A stretch of DNA of 64,000 nucleotides from Gammaproteobacteria bacterium (GTDB lineage Bacteria > Pseudomonadota > Gammaproteobacteria > WFUO01): contig WFUO01000005.1 in NCBI GenBank assembly GCA_015484945.1, forward strand, positions 14,382-78,381, written 5' to 3'. Both the position numbers and the translations under genes were made by a program. Under the pieces are notes generated by a model. The model made no database searches. It worked only from the letters and a program-made list of their open reading frames with translations, and was not told the DNA's origin. Each line of letters opens with the position of its first letter. Position 1 is the first letter of the stretch. This document shows positions 1 to 12,696 of this stretch, in pieces.

Positions 1-345
1 CCAGGGCCTGCGCACGGGTGCGGAACGTGACCTGGGCGATCTCGGGCCACTGGCGCAGGCGCCGGGCCAGCTGCGCCGCCTCGGCATCGGGTACGCTGCG
101 TTTGATGAACAGTGAGATGCGCGCGGTGCCGTCCCAGCCGGCGCCGAGCTGTTGGATGTTGACCAGGATCAGGTACAGTCCGGCGGGCAGCGCCAGCGCA
201 ATGCCCAGCACGGCCGAAGTCATCAGCGACGAGAACGGCGTGCGGTAGAACACGCCCAGCGAGGCGATCAGCGTGCGCAGGTGAGACAGTACCAAGCCCC
301 CGGGCAGTGAGTGACGCGCAGGTTGACGGCGATCTGCGCCGGCCA

Positions 346-346
<1 letters not shown>
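1..346 (-). CDS. ftsX: Cell division ABC transporter permease FtsX (N-terminal part; gene runs off the window start)
   Basis: Minus-strand ATG at 346-344 shares one nt with the ftsE stop (TGATG). My translation reads MAGADRRQPARHSLPGGLVLSHLRTLIASLGVFYRTPFSSLMTSAVLGIALALPAGLYL..., an FtsX-like N-terminus with its first TM helix. It sits directly after ftsE. Confidence 0.8.
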
Positions 347-1023
<677 letters not shown>

Positions 1024-1115
1024 GGAAAGTCAGACACAAGCGGCAAGATACAGTAGAAAAGATAGCAATATCCGGGCGCCAGTCATAGGCCGGGATGCCG
1101 GTAAGCCCGATTTCC

Positions 1116-2102
1116 CTATCCTTCCGCCGTACTGTCGAAAAGCGCATCCACGAACTCGGCCGCCGAGAACGGGCGCAGGTCGTCGATGCCCTCACCCACG
1201 CCGATGAAGCGGATCGGCAGGCCGAAGCGTTCGGCCAGGGCGAAGATCACGCCGCCCTTGGCGGTACCGTCGAGCTTGGTTAGCACGATGCCGGTCAGGC
1301 CCACGGCGGCGTCGAACTGCTCGGCCTGGCTGAGCGCGTTCTGTCCGGTGCCGGCGTCGAGTACCAGCAGTACCTCGTGTGGCGCATCGGGGTCGTGCTT
1401 GCCGATCACGCGGCGGATCTTTTTCAGTTCGTCCATCAGGTTGGCCTGGGTATGCAGACGTCCGGCGGTATCGGCGATCAGCACGTCCATGTTGCGTGCG
1501 CGCGCGGCATCCACGGCATCGAAGATCACCGAGGCCGAGTCGGCACCGGTGTGCTGGGCGATGACCGGGACGCCATTGCGTTCACCCCAGGTCTGCAATT
1601 GCTCTACCGCCGCGGCGCGGAAGGTGTCGCCGGCGGCAAGCATGACCGAGTGCCCCTGACCCTGCAGGTAGCGCGCCAGCTTGCCGATGGTGGTGGTCTT
1701 GCCGACGCCGTTGACGCCCACGACGAGAATCACGAACGGTTGTTTGGTGGTGTCGATCCGCAGTGGGGCGTCACAGGGTGCCAGCAGGCCGGTGAGTTCC
1801 TCGCGCAGGGCCTGCATCAGCGCCTCGCCATCGCGCAGCTGCTTGCGGTCCATGCGCGCGGTGAGATCGTCGATGATGCGCCGTGTGGCGTTGACGCCCA
1901 CATCGGCCACCAGCAGCTGGGTTTCGATCTCCTCCAGCAGTTCGTCGTCGATCCTGCGCGCCCCGCCGAGCAGGCTGGCCAGGCCCTGGCCCAGGCTGAC
2001 GCGGGTCTTGCTCAACCCTTGTCTCAGGCGTTTGAACCATCCCCCGTCATTGCGCGTTTCAGTGTCGGCGCCGGATCGCCTGTTCTTGCCAAATCCCAGC
2101 AT
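1116..2102 (-). CDS. ftsY: Signal recognition particle receptor FtsY
   Basis: SRP GTPase motifs [20 protein letters not shown] and [11 protein letters not shown] chose the start at MLGFGKNRR (ATG 2102). The ORF-track start at 2282 would overlap the divergent gene starting at 2240. Confidence 0.9.
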   Translation of the reverse strand: MLGFGKNRRSGADTETRNDGGWFKRLRQGLSKTRVSLGQGLASLLGGARRIDDELLEEIETQLLVADVGVNATRRIIDDLTARMDRKQLRDGEALMQALREELTGLLAPCDAPLRIDTTKQPFVILVVGVNGVGKTTTIGKLARYLQGQGHSVMLAAGDTFRAAAVEQLQTWGERNGVPVIAQHTGADSASVIFDAVDAARARNMDVLIADTAGRLHTQANLMDELKKIRRVIGKHDPDAPHEVLLVLDAGTGQNALSQAEQFDAAVGLTGIVLTKLDGTAKGGVIFALAERFGLPIRFIGVGEGIDDLRPFSAAEFVDALFDSTAEG

Positions 2103-2239
2103 GCTCGAATGACTTCTTTCGTTGGTGAGAAATTGGGGTATCCTATCATCTCGCCCGAACACTGCACCAGCATCCAGCCGCAGGATTCGGGCCCGCAACT
2201 GTGAGGTGACAAACGTCACCCGAAGGAGAGACGGCAGGC

Positions 2240-3634
2240 ATGAAGACGCATTACCCGCTAGGGGCGCGGACGCTTTGGGCACTGATACTGGCGCTGATGG
2301 CGCTTTCCGCCGCCGCCGGCACCGGCCAGGTGCACGAATTCCGGCTCGCCAACGGCCTCAAGCTGATCGTCAAGGAGGACCATCGCGCGCCGGTGATGGT
2401 CTCGCAGATCTGGTACAAGGTCGGTTCCAGTTATGAACACGGCGGCATCACCGGCATCAGCCACGTGCTAGAGCACATGATGTTCAAGGGTACGAAGACG
2501 CTCAAGCCAGGCGAATTCTCGCGCATCATCTCGGCCAATGGCGGGCGCGAAAACGCGTTTACCGGGCGTGACTACACGGCCTATTTCCAGCGCATGGAGA
2601 AGAGCCGCCTCGAAGTGAGCTTCCGGCTGGAGGCCGACCGCATGCGCGGCCTGACGCTGCCACCGAAGGAATTCGCACGCGAGGTGCGCGTGGTGCAGGA
2701 GGAACGCCGTTTGCGTACCGAGGACAAGCCCACCGCGCTGACCTACGAGCATTTCAATGCCGTGGCATGGCTCAGCAGCCCCTACCACAACCCGGTCATC
2801 GGCTGGATGGACGATCTGCGCGCGCTCACCGTGGACGACCTGTGGCGTTGGTACCGGCGCTGGTACGCGCCCAACAACGCCACCGTGGTGGTGGTCGGTG
2901 ACGTGCATCCGAAAGAGGTGCTGGCGCTGGCGAAGAAATACTTCGGGCCGCTCAAGCCATCGCGCCTGGTGCCGCCACGGCCGCAGCGCGAGGTAACCCA
3001 ACGCGGGCGGCGCGATATCGTGGTCAAGGCGCCGGCCCGCGTGCCCTATATCGTCATGGGTTTCAAGGTGCCGTCCCTGAAGACCGCCCGTGACGACTGG
3101 GAACCCTACGCGCTGGAAGTGCTGGCGGGCATTCTCGACGGCGGCAGCAGTTCACGCGTCAGCCGCCGGCTGTTGCGCGGCAGCGCCGTGGCCACCAGCG
3201 CCTCGGTCGGATACGATCTGTATGCGCGCCTGCAGACCCTGTTTCTGTTCGCCGGGGTGCCGGCCCAGGGCAAGAGCGTGCGTGATCTCGAACAGGCCTG
3301 GCTGGGGCTGGTTGCCGAGCTGCGCGACAAGCCGGTCACGGCCGCCGAACTGGAACGGGTCAAGGCCCAGGTGGTGGCCAACGCGGTGTATGAGCGCGAT
3401 TCCATGTTCTACCAGGCCATGATCCTGGGTCGGCTGGAGACCGTTGGCCTGGGCTGGCAACGCGCCGACGAGTACGTGCGGCGGGTCAAGGCGGTGACCG
3501 CCGAGCAGGTGCGCGCGGTGGCGCGCAAGTACCTGATCGAGGACAGGCTCACCGTGGCGGTGCTGGACCCCCAGCCCGTTACGCCCGGCAAACAGCAACG
3601 CCGGCCAATGGGAGGAATGCGTCATGGGCATTGA
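2240..3634 (+). CDS. M16 (pitrilysin) family zinc peptidase, catalytic-type subunit, secreted
   Basis: N-terminal signal peptide (LWALILALMALSAAAG) and inverted zinc motif HxxEH (HVLEH). AGGAGA RBS lies before the ATG. Confidence 0.85.
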   Translation: MKTHYPLGARTLWALILALMALSAAAGTGQVHEFRLANGLKLIVKEDHRAPVMVSQIWYKVGSSYEHGGITGISHVLEHMMFKGTKTLKPGEFSRIISANGGRENAFTGRDYTAYFQRMEKSRLEVSFRLEADRMRGLTLPPKEFAREVRVVQEERRLRTEDKPTALTYEHFNAVAWLSSPYHNPVIGWMDDLRALTVDDLWRWYRRWYAPNNATVVVVGDVHPKEVLALAKKYFGPLKPSRLVPPRPQREVTQRGRRDIVVKAPARVPYIVMGFKVPSLKTARDDWEPYALEVLAGILDGGSSSRVSRRLLRGSAVATSASVGYDLYARLQTLFLFAGVPAQGKSVRDLEQAWLGLVAELRDKPVTAAELERVKAQVVANAVYERDSMFYQAMILGRLETVGLGWQRADEYVRRVKAVTAEQVRAVARKYLIEDRLTVAVLDPQPVTPGKQQRRPMGGMRHGH

Positions 3635-4935
3635 TCGCAAGGGTATGGCCCTGGCCCTGACGGGCTGGCTGCTGGTCGCAGCGCCGGCGTTGGCGGGTGT
3701 CAAGATCCACACATGGCAGAGCCGTGGCGCACAGGTCTATTTCGTGCGCGCCCCCCAGTTGCCGATGGTCGATGTGCGGGTCGTGTTCGCGGCCGGTAGC
3801 GCGCGTGACGGCAAGTTGCCGGGTCTGGCCTCGCTGACCAGCCATCTGTTGCGTTTCGGCGCGGACGGCCTCAATGCCGATCGTATCGCCGAGATCACCG
3901 ACGATCATGGCATTCAGCTCAGCATTGGCAGCGATCGTGACCGCGCCTGGGTCGGATTTCGCAGCCTGAGCGAGCCGCGCCGTTTGAATCCGGCCCTGCG
4001 CCTGCTTGGCAGGCTCATGGCCAGGCCCGATTTCAACGACGCCGATCTGGCGCGCGAGCGGCGCCGCTTTCTGCTTGCCCTGCGCCAGCAGCAGCAGAGC
4101 CCGGCGGCCATCGCCCGGCGCCGGTTCTACCGTGCGGTGTACGGCAACCATCCCTATGCGCACGACCCCTCGGGCAACCTGAAGAGCATCGCAGCGATAC
4201 GCCGCGCCGACCTGCAGGCCTTCCATCGCCGCTATTATGTAGCGCGCAACGCCATCGTCGTCATCGTCGGCAAGCTGAACCGCCGGCAGGCGCGTCTGCT
4301 GGCCAGGCGCCTGCTCAGCCGCCTGCCGCTTGGCCAGGCCGCGCCGCCACTGCCGGCCGTACAACCGCTCAAGCAGGCCAAAGTGATCCGCGTGCCGTTT
4401 CCGTCCAGCCAGACCCATGTGCTGATCGGTCAGCCCGGTACCTGGCGCGGTGATCCCGACTACTACGCGTTGTACACAGGCAACCATGCGCTGGGCGGCA
4501 GCGGCCTGGTCTCGCGTATCAGCGAAGAGGTACGCGAGAAGCGCGGCATGGCTTACAGCGCCTACAGCTACTTCTTCCCGTTGCAGCGGCCAGGCCCGTT
4601 CGTCATGGGGCTGCAGACGCGCAACGACCAGGCGGACAAGGCCATCGCCGTGTTGCGCAAAACGCTGGCCGACTTCGTCGAGCGCGGCATCACCGCCGCC
4701 GAGCTGGAGGCATCGAAGAAGAACATCACCGGCGCCTATCCGTTGCGCATCGACAGCAACGGCAAGATCACCGGCTACCTGGCAATGATCGGCTTCTACC
4801 GCCTGCCGCTCGACTATCTGGATCGCTTCAATGACCATATCCGTGCCATTACGGTGGATCAGGTGCGAAGCGTGTTCAAACGCCGCATTCATCCCCGGCG
4901 CATGGTGACCGTGATCGTCGGCGGGGGCATGGCGC

Positions 4936-6028
<1,093 letters not shown>

Positions 6029-6069
6029 TATACGCAGACGCGCCCTTCGCGGGCGCACAGCGACCATAG

Positions 6070-6342
<273 letters not shown>

Positions 6343-6405
6343 CCGGTTCAGGCTGACACGGCCACATCACCCCGGCAGTTTGCGAATCCCGGTGACCGCC
6401 GGGAT

Positions 6406-6960
6406 TCAGTGACGGCCTGAATCTCCATCGACAGTGAAATTGATACCGATCGACAGCCGGATCGTCCGGCTGTCGTTGCGCGTGACTTCGTGATCAAGGT
6501 CGGGCCTGAACAGGACGCACAGGCCTTCCTCGGCACTGATGCGTGTGGCCCCCTGTCGTCCGTGCAGCACCAGGTCGCCGCAGCCCGGTGCGGTGCGGAT
6601 GTAGTAGGTGCCCGACAGGCGTTCGTCGAGGTCGTCGTGGTTGTGGCGCGTGGTCGTGTCTCCCGGCGCCATGCGGTTGAACCAGAAGCCGTAACGGACA
6701 TGCGCCGGCTCGACATCCAGTATTCCGGCGGCAGCGGTGACGATCGCATCCAGCACCGGTGTCAGCGCCGGGACCCGGTCCAGTGGCAGATAGAGGTTTT
6801 CGTAACGCCCGCCGAACAGGTGGGTGCGGCGGGCCTGGTCCAGGCCGGCCTCGAGCTGCGCGGCGATGTCCCGGTGGACCGCTTCCGGGGTATCCAGGCG
6901 CAATTGCCAGCAATCGTCGAAACGGGTAATCGTCGGGTGGTCGTTCATGATCTGACGCAT
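6406..6960 (-). CDS. Putative 2OG-Fe(II) oxygenase-like protein (TIGR02466-like); function unknown
   Basis: WFNRMAPGDTTTRHNHDD...LSGTYYI...LFRPDLDHEV...RLSIGINF resembles the HxD/H...H facial-triad pattern of that family. Start uncertain (ATG 6960 or 6948). Confidence 0.55.
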   Translation of the reverse strand: MRQIMNDHPTITRFDDCWQLRLDTPEAVHRDIAAQLEAGLDQARRTHLFGGRYENLYLPLDRVPALTPVLDAIVTAAAGILDVEPAHVRYGFWFNRMAPGDTTTRHNHDDLDERLSGTYYIRTAPGCGDLVLHGRQGATRISAEEGLCVLFRPDLDHEVTRNDSRTIRLSIGINFTVDGDSGRH

Positions 6961-7024
6961 TGTGGGTCGTGTTGGCGTGATAGATGTACCACGATGGTGC
7001 AAGACAGACAAATAACCCAGAAAG

Positions 7025-7043
7025 ATTGTCAATAATTGTCAAT
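7025..7043. repeat. Direct repeat ATTGTCAAT x2 spaced 10 bp, in a divergent promoter region
   Basis: gATTGTCAATaATTGTCAATc read directly from the sequence. Lies between the 6406-6960 (-) gene and the HDOD gene (+). Possible operator; no known motif assigned. Confidence 0.3.
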
Positions 7044-7257
7044 CGGCTATATTGGTAAGCGATGTGTAAGCCTGCTGATATCCAATCGACAGGCGTTACC
7101 GGCATGCCGCCCAGCCCCGTTCTGTTCATCATCGCCTGACACCATGATCTGAATGGATTGATGGCGGTATAGAAATACTTGTTCAAGCGTGCCGCTGCCG
7201 GTGCCGATAGGTTGTGCATGGAACAGATGATTCACGATACAAGGGAGGCGCGGGCAC

Positions 7258-8133
7258 TTGTCTGACCGAATGGCCAATCTCGTCGCCGAGACCGCGTCGC
7301 TGGTCTCACCGCCCGATGTCTGGATACAGCTCAACGAAGTCGTCAACGATCCATCGGCTTCGACCGAGGACATCGCCGGGGTCATCATGTGTGATCCGGC
7401 CCTGACCGCACAGGTGCTGAAGATCGTCAACAGTCCGTTGTATCCGTTCAAGTCGCCGATCGACACGGTCACGATGGCGATTTCGATCATGGGCACGCGT
7501 GAACTCTACAGCGTGGCCACGGCGGTCGCGACCGTCACGGTATTCTCCGCGCTCGACAACAGCCTGCTCGGTCTCGATACCTTCTGGAAACACAGCCTGG
7601 CGACCGCCAGCCTCGCCCGCCGTCTGGCACGCGAGAGTTGCGTGCTGCATCCCGAGCGCCTGTATGTGGCCGGCTTGCTGCATGACGTCGGCTTCCTGGT
7701 GATGTTGCAACATTGCCCCGAAGAGGCCGGTCAGGCCATGCAGGCCGCGGGTGGCAACGAGAGCACGCTGCTTGCGCACGAACGGGAAAACCTCGGCTTC
7801 GACCATACCGAACTGGGCGCCGCGCTGATGCAGGACTGGCGTCTGCCCGCGCCGCTGGTCAGGACCATCCGTCACTGTCAGCGGCCCGAGGCCGGTAATG
7901 ACGGTTTCGACGCCGCACTGGTTCATCTGGCCAATGTCGGCGCCACACGTGCAGGCTTCGGATTGCTTGGCGAGGACGGCAGCGCCGCGATGGATCCGGT
8001 CATGCCCGAGGTGCTGAATACGACCGGACTGACGGAGGAAGCGCTCGACCTGCTGTGCGACGGCCTGGAAGAGGATCTGTCCATCGCGATGTCGCTTTTC
8101 ATGCCGGCATCCGCCGGGGCGGGCCGGTCCTGA
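7258..8133 (+). CDS. HDOD domain signalling protein
   Basis: LVSPPDVWIQLNEVVNDPSASTEDIAGVIMCDPALTAQVLKIVNSPLY and GLLHDVGFLV are typical HDOD features. TTG start at 7258 lies 10 nt after AGGGAGG; an alternative ATG is at 7270. Confidence 0.8.
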   Translation: MSDRMANLVAETASLVSPPDVWIQLNEVVNDPSASTEDIAGVIMCDPALTAQVLKIVNSPLYPFKSPIDTVTMAISIMGTRELYSVATAVATVTVFSALDNSLLGLDTFWKHSLATASLARRLARESCVLHPERLYVAGLLHDVGFLVMLQHCPEEAGQAMQAAGGNESTLLAHERENLGFDHTELGAALMQDWRLPAPLVRTIRHCQRPEAGNDGFDAALVHLANVGATRAGFGLLGEDGSAAMDPVMPEVLNTTGLTEEALDLLCDGLEEDLSIAMSLFMPASAGAGRS

Positions 8134-8259
8134 ATTCCGGGGGTGTTTCCGAAGGCCGTCGCGCCGGGCTATCATGTTGCCCGGCCATGAGGCCGGTTAG
8201 CCTGCGTGGTTTTCCAGACAGCCGGGTGGTGCGCCCGGGATTCACGCAAAGGGTCCAAC

Positions 8260-8886
8260 ATGTTCGACAAGACACGACTGCCGGGTTCGGATGAGGCATT
8301 GCCGGGACGTGACACGCCATTGCCGGGAGCCAGCCACCATTACGTCACTCAGCATCGCATCCGGCCACCGTTTCCGGATGGCCTGTGCCGGGCGCTGTTC
8401 GGCATGGGTTGCTTCTGGGGTGCCGAACGGCTGTTCTGGGAGACGCCGGGTGTGTGGAGCACGGCGGCGGGTTACAGTGGCGGTCATACGCCCAATCCAA
8501 CCTATGAGGAGGTCTGCTCGGGGCGCACCGCGCATGCCGAGGTGGTGCTGGTGGTGTACGACCCGGGAAAGATCGATTACGACAGCCTGCTCAAACGGTT
8601 CTGGGAAGGGCACGATCCCACCCAGGGCATGCGTCAGGGCAATGATCTGGGCAGCCAGTACCGTTCCGCCATTTACACCTTCGACGACGACCAGCATGTC
8701 CGTGCCCGGGCCAGCCGTGAGCGTTATCAGCAGGCCCTGAATGCCGCCGGCGGCGGGTGCATCACCACCGAGATCGCAGAGGCCGGGCCCTTCTATTACG
8801 CCGAGGACTATCACCAGCAATATCTGGCGAAAAACCCCGGCGGCTACTGCGGGCTTGGGGGGACCGGGGTTCAGTTTCCGGCCTGA
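8260..8886 (+). CDS. msrA: Peptide-methionine (S)-S-oxide reductase MsrA
   Basis: [13 protein letters not shown]...[26 protein letters not shown]. Start trimmed to MFDKTRLPG. Confidence 0.93.
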   Translation: MFDKTRLPGSDEALPGRDTPLPGASHHYVTQHRIRPPFPDGLCRALFGMGCFWGAERLFWETPGVWSTAAGYSGGHTPNPTYEEVCSGRTAHAEVVLVVYDPGKIDYDSLLKRFWEGHDPTQGMRQGNDLGSQYRSAIYTFDDDQHVRARASRERYQQALNAAGGGCITTEIAEAGPFYYAEDYHQQYLAKNPGGYCGLGGTGVQFPA

Positions 8887-9146
8887 GCAGCCAGGCGCGC
8901 CGCCTGTTCCCGGGTGTAGAAGCGTTCCTCGTAGATGAAACCGGCGATCAGATATTCGCGGATCTCGCGCAGGCCCTCGAGCAGGTGCACCGGGGCCGGG
9001 CTGCCATCGGCATAGCGCGAACGGTGGATGCGTCCGGTACGGATATCGAGAAAACCGGGTGCCATGCCCAGCGAGGCATTGTTGCGGCTCACGCCGCCGC
9101 TACCGGCGAAGGCCAGGTTTTCGCGCAGCAATGCGTTGTCGTTCAT
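8871..9146 (-). CDS. Hypothetical protein (91 aa)
   Basis: [31 protein letters not shown]... lies downstream of, and co-oriented with, the tandem TusE/DsrC gene. No family recognised, and the RBS is weak. Confidence 0.45.
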   Translation of the reverse strand: MNDNALLRENLAFAGSGGVSRNNASLGMAPGFLDIRTGRIHRSRYADGSPAPVHLLEGLREIREYLIAGFIYEERFYTREQAARLAAQAGN

Positions 9147-9253
9147 GGTGCCTGCCTTGTCGTGTGTTTGCCATGTCTCCAGTATCCACAGAATCGCTGA
9201 ACACATGCTGAACGGCAGGCGCCTTCCCTGGCATGGCATGTTGTGTACCTGGC

Positions 9254-9973
9254 TTATCCGTCGATGCAGCCCTGGGGATCGGGCAGGCCGGCGATGCGCG
9301 AGCCCTGGCGCGCCGGCCCCTTCGGAAACAGCCGGTACATGGCCTCACGGTCAACATTGGCCTTGCCCAGTTCGTCCTGCATGAAATGGATCAGCAGCTT
9401 GACCATGGGTGCGATGCCGTAGCGGAAATAGAACTTGCGCAGATAGCGGATGATCAGCCAGTGGTCGTCGGTGAGCGTGATGCCTTCGCGCTCGGCCAGC
9501 ACCTTCGCCAGCTCCGGCGACCACTGCTCGGGATGCACCAGGTTGCCGGATGGATACAGGGCCACCTGTTCACCATCATGCGTGATCTCCTCGTAACGGG
9601 CATGACTGTCCGCCGCCTGGATGTGTCCGTCCGGTTCACGTTCGGAGTCCAGCATCGGCACCGGCAGGCCGGCGATACGCGTACCCTGGTACTGCACCCC
9701 GTTGGGAAACAGGCGGTCGAGGAACGCGTCTGAGGCCTTGTCGGGCGAGTGACGGCGAGCGAGCTGTTTCTTCAGCAGCTTGCGGATCGGCGAGATATTG
9801 TACTGACGGTAGTAATCACGCATGGCCTCGATGACCAGCCAGTGATCGTCGCTCAGTTCGATACCGTCCTCGCGTGCCAGCATCTCGGCAAGCTCAGGGG
9901 TCCAGGCGGTAATATCCCGCAGGCGTCCATCGGGGCCGGTCACTGTGTCGGGAACAGACTGGGTAGTGCGCAT
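9254..9973 (-). CDS. Tandem-fused TusE/DsrC/DsvC family sulfur-relay protein (two domains, 239 aa)
   Basis: Both halves match the TusE/DsrC pattern (DDHW...Y..Y...P....L......LFP.G....G.RIAGLP.P). The C-terminal half ends MYRLFPKGPARQGSRIAGLPDPQGCIDG, compared with E. coli TusE ...[29 protein letters not shown] RBS precedes ATG 9973. Confidence 0.85.
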   Translation of the reverse strand: MRTTQSVPDTVTGPDGRLRDITAWTPELAEMLAREDGIELSDDHWLVIEAMRDYYRQYNISPIRKLLKKQLARRHSPDKASDAFLDRLFPNGVQYQGTRIAGLPVPMLDSEREPDGHIQAADSHARYEEITHDGEQVALYPSGNLVHPEQWSPELAKVLAEREGITLTDDHWLIIRYLRKFYFRYGIAPMVKLLIHFMQDELGKANVDREAMYRLFPKGPARQGSRIAGLPDPQGCIDG

Positions 9974-10166
9974 GGGCGGATCCTCCAGATCATATCGTTG
10001 TGTATTGTGGCGGCCTGCCCGGGCTGAAGCAGCGTGGCGCCGCCCTGTATCCCGCATATCGGCCGCGGGTGGCAAGGCTTGAGCCGGCCGGGGGCGGGCC
10101 GGCTTCCTGTCTCAACAGGTCTGGCGGGTGTATAATTTCTCCCCCTGCGGGACCGGAGGTGGTGTG

Positions 10167-10832
10167 ATGGACATCGGCGCGCACGAATTTTCGTTGTTCG
10201 GCCTGTTGCTGGGTCACCTGGTGTTCTGGGCCGGGCTGGGCCTGGCCTTGCTGCGCGCCCCCTGGTGGCGGCTGCGCAAGCCAGAGGATGCCAACGTGCT
10301 GTTCGGCGCCACAGTGCTCGTGGCGTTGTTGTGGACCATGAAGGCCGGCTTCATCAGCGCGCTCAGCCTGCATCTCATCGGCGCCACGGTGCTGACCCTG
10401 ATGTTCGGCTGGGCGTTTGCGGTGCTGGCACTGGTGATCGTGCTGGTCATTGGCGTGCTCAATGGTCACGGCAGCTGGGGCGGGCTGCCGTTCAACGCCA
10501 TTGCCCTGGCCTTCGTACCGGTGCTGATCAGTCACGCATTGTTCCGTTTCGTGGACCGCCGCCTGCCCAATCATTTTTTCATCTATATTTTCGTATGCGC
10601 CTTCTTTGGCGCCGCCCTGGCCATGGCCGGCGCCATCACGGCCGCCACCCTGATGCACTGGCTCAGCGACACCCATTCACTGGCCTACCTGCGCTACAAT
10701 TTCTATGGTTATGCGCTGCTGATCATGTTTCCCGAGGCCTTCCTGAGCGGCATGTTCATGACCCTGTTCGTGCTCTACCGGCCGCAATGGGTCAGCAGTT
10801 TCGATGACGCGCGCTATCTGAGAAATCACTGA
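10167..10832 (+). CDS. Integral membrane protein (about 6 TM); function unknown
   Basis: Hydrophobic helices run throughout the ORF, and third-position GC is high. Start taken at MDIGAHEF. Confidence 0.6.
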   Translation: MDIGAHEFSLFGLLLGHLVFWAGLGLALLRAPWWRLRKPEDANVLFGATVLVALLWTMKAGFISALSLHLIGATVLTLMFGWAFAVLALVIVLVIGVLNGHGSWGGLPFNAIALAFVPVLISHALFRFVDRRLPNHFFIYIFVCAFFGAALAMAGAITAATLMHWLSDTHSLAYLRYNFYGYALLIMFPEAFLSGMFMTLFVLYRPQWVSSFDDARYLRNH

Positions 10833-10878
10833 TCAGGATTCAGGGTGCAAGACATACGGGCAGGCCATCGTGTTTGCA

Positions 10879-11232
10879 TCAGGCGGGCAGGATGCCCGGA
10901 TGGTGTCTTTGCGGCAGGCCGTTATCGAAGTCGCGCGGTATCGGGATCAACAGGCAGGCCACCCGGTAGTAGCCGTCACTGGCGCTGTGGCAGCGCAGTA
11001 CGCGCGCGCGGCAGGTCTGGCGCGGGATGCGTGCATCACCCTGCGGCTTGCACTGTACGAGAATGGTCTCGTTTACCGGTAGCGGTATGCGGCTGAGAAA
11101 GCAGATGCCCTGTTCCGAGAGATTCGCCAGCATGCCCACCAGCCATTGCACGTGGCTGCTGTGCGAATAGAGGATAGGGCAGTTGCCGTCGATGCGAATG
11201 GTACGGCGCTGGTCGGGTTTTTCATCGGCCAT
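10879..11232 (-). CDS. PilZ domain c-di-GMP-binding protein
   Basis: RxxxR motif (QRRTIRI) followed by (D/N)xSxxG (NLSEQGI). Start at MADEKPDQ (ATG 11232). Confidence 0.75.
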   Translation of the reverse strand: MADEKPDQRRTIRIDGNCPILYSHSSHVQWLVGMLANLSEQGICFLSRIPLPVNETILVQCKPQGDARIPRQTCRARVLRCHSASDGYYRVACLLIPIPRDFDNGLPQRHHPGILPA

Positions 11233-11423
11233 GATGAGGGACCTCATTCCATTGCATGGCGTTATTGTAGCCATCGTGTACCCGTGGTGTGCGAATCAGT
11301 TCGCAAAACCGGGAAAACGCCATTGACCTTGGTGCGCGCGCATTTGTCCGGCATGTCGTATGCTGATGGTATTTGCGTGATCCTGACGGTAAATAATCCC
11401 GCTATGCGGCCGTTAACAGTGGC

Positions 11424-12050
11424 ATGAAAACGACAGAGACGAGACGGATATTCCGTGTGATTGCCGTATGGGTGCTTTTGTGCGTAACTGCGGGGGCGCA
11501 TGCCGGTTTCGACGAGGCGCGTGCGGCCTGGCAGCGCGGCGACTATGCCGGCGCCCTGCAGGAGTTGCGCCGCCTGGCCGCACAGGGCGATGCGCGGGCG
11601 ATGAACGACCTCGGCGCGATGTACCAGAACGGCAAGGGCGTGGCAAGAAACTACCGCAAGGCCATGCGCTGGTACCGCAAGGCGGCAAGGAAGGGCAATG
11701 TCACGGCCCTGACCAATATCGGCTACCTGTATGACAACGGTCTGGGCGTGAAGAAGAACCCGGAAAAGGCCGTCGAATACTACCGAAAGGCCGCCTTCAA
11801 GGGCGATGCGGTGGCCCAGTACAACCTCGGCATTGCCCACTGGCTGGGCACCGGCGCACAGCGCAACCGCCTCAAGGCCTATGTCTGGGTCGGCCTGGCC
11901 GCCAGCCAGGGCCTGAAACAGGCGCTCAAGGTCATCAAGATCATGGAGTACCGCATGCCGCCCTTTGTCATCAAGGACGGCAAGGAGATGATCATCAAGT
12001 TCTACGACCGCTACGTCGTGCCGTACCGTCGGTCCCGTCCGTCATCATGA
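11424..12050 (+). CDS. Sel1-repeat (TPR-like) secreted protein
   Basis: Signal peptide, then four or more Sel1 repeats (GDARAMNDLGAMYQNGKGVARNYRKAMRWYRKAA, KGNVTALTNIGYLYDNGLGVKKNPEKAVEYYRKAA, ...). Confidence 0.85.
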   Translation: MKTTETRRIFRVIAVWVLLCVTAGAHAGFDEARAAWQRGDYAGALQELRRLAAQGDARAMNDLGAMYQNGKGVARNYRKAMRWYRKAARKGNVTALTNIGYLYDNGLGVKKNPEKAVEYYRKAAFKGDAVAQYNLGIAHWLGTGAQRNRLKAYVWVGLAASQGLKQALKVIKIMEYRMPPFVIKDGKEMIIKFYDRYVVPYRRSRPSS

Positions 12051-12590
12051 TGCCCGGCCACCCTTGTGGATGGTGCCGCTGACCAGCGTGAACCTGCCGT
12101 GCCGGCGCTGTTCGAAATAATGTTCCAGGGTCTCGTGGATCACCGGAAAGGCGATCTCCCGCCACGGGATGTCACGCTCGCCGAACAGCCCCACCTCCAG
12201 GCTCTCGCTGCCGGGCCCGAAGTCGTCATTGAGCAGGCGTGCGCGGAACATCATGTACACCTGGCTGATGTGCGGAATGCTGAACAGGGCATACAGTTGC
12301 AGATCATCGACCCTTGCGCGCGCCTCTTCCAGGGTTTCGCGCATGGCGCCTTCCTCGACCGTTTCGTGATTTTCCAGGAATCCCGCCGGCAGGGTCCACA
12401 AGCCCCGGCGCGGCTCGATCGCGCGCCGGCACAGCAGAATCCTGTCATCCCGCTCGGCGATGCAACCGGTGACGATGTTGGGATTGGAGTAATGTATCGT
12501 GCCACAGCCGCTGCACACGAAGCGCGGACGGTTGTCGCCTTCGGGAATCAGAAGCTCGACAGGAGAGGCGCATTGGCTGCAGAATTTCAT
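12045..12590 (-). CDS. NUDIX hydrolase with N-terminal zinc ribbon
   Basis: CSQC...CSGC zinc ribbon plus Nudix box GFLENHETVEEGAMRETLEEA. Confidence 0.85.
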   Translation of the reverse strand: MKFCSQCASPVELLIPEGDNRPRFVCSGCGTIHYSNPNIVTGCIAERDDRILLCRRAIEPRRGLWTLPAGFLENHETVEEGAMRETLEEARARVDDLQLYALFSIPHISQVYMMFRARLLNDDFGPGSESLEVGLFGERDIPWREIAFPVIHETLEHYFEQRRHGRFTLVSGTIHKGGRAS

Positions 12591-12696
12591 TGCGGGACCT
12601 GTGTATGACGGACAGGAAGATTATAGAGGCTGGGTGCACGATACGACAGCGACGGATCGTGCGCCCGGCCGGTGACCGGAAACCGGACAGACGGAA

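Noticed and set aside
2103-2282. Long N-terminal extension of ftsY, plus similar track-ORF extensions of coaD (5414), the ABC ATPase (to 26560), TauE (37559), pyrE (to 39449), tonB (54391), the sigma-54 activator (to 56330), thiG (to 60947) and the acyl-CoA ligase (60539)
   Set aside because: The extensions overlap neighbouring genes or divergent promoters, have non-protein-like composition, and are followed by internal starts that match family N-termini, several with visible RBSs.
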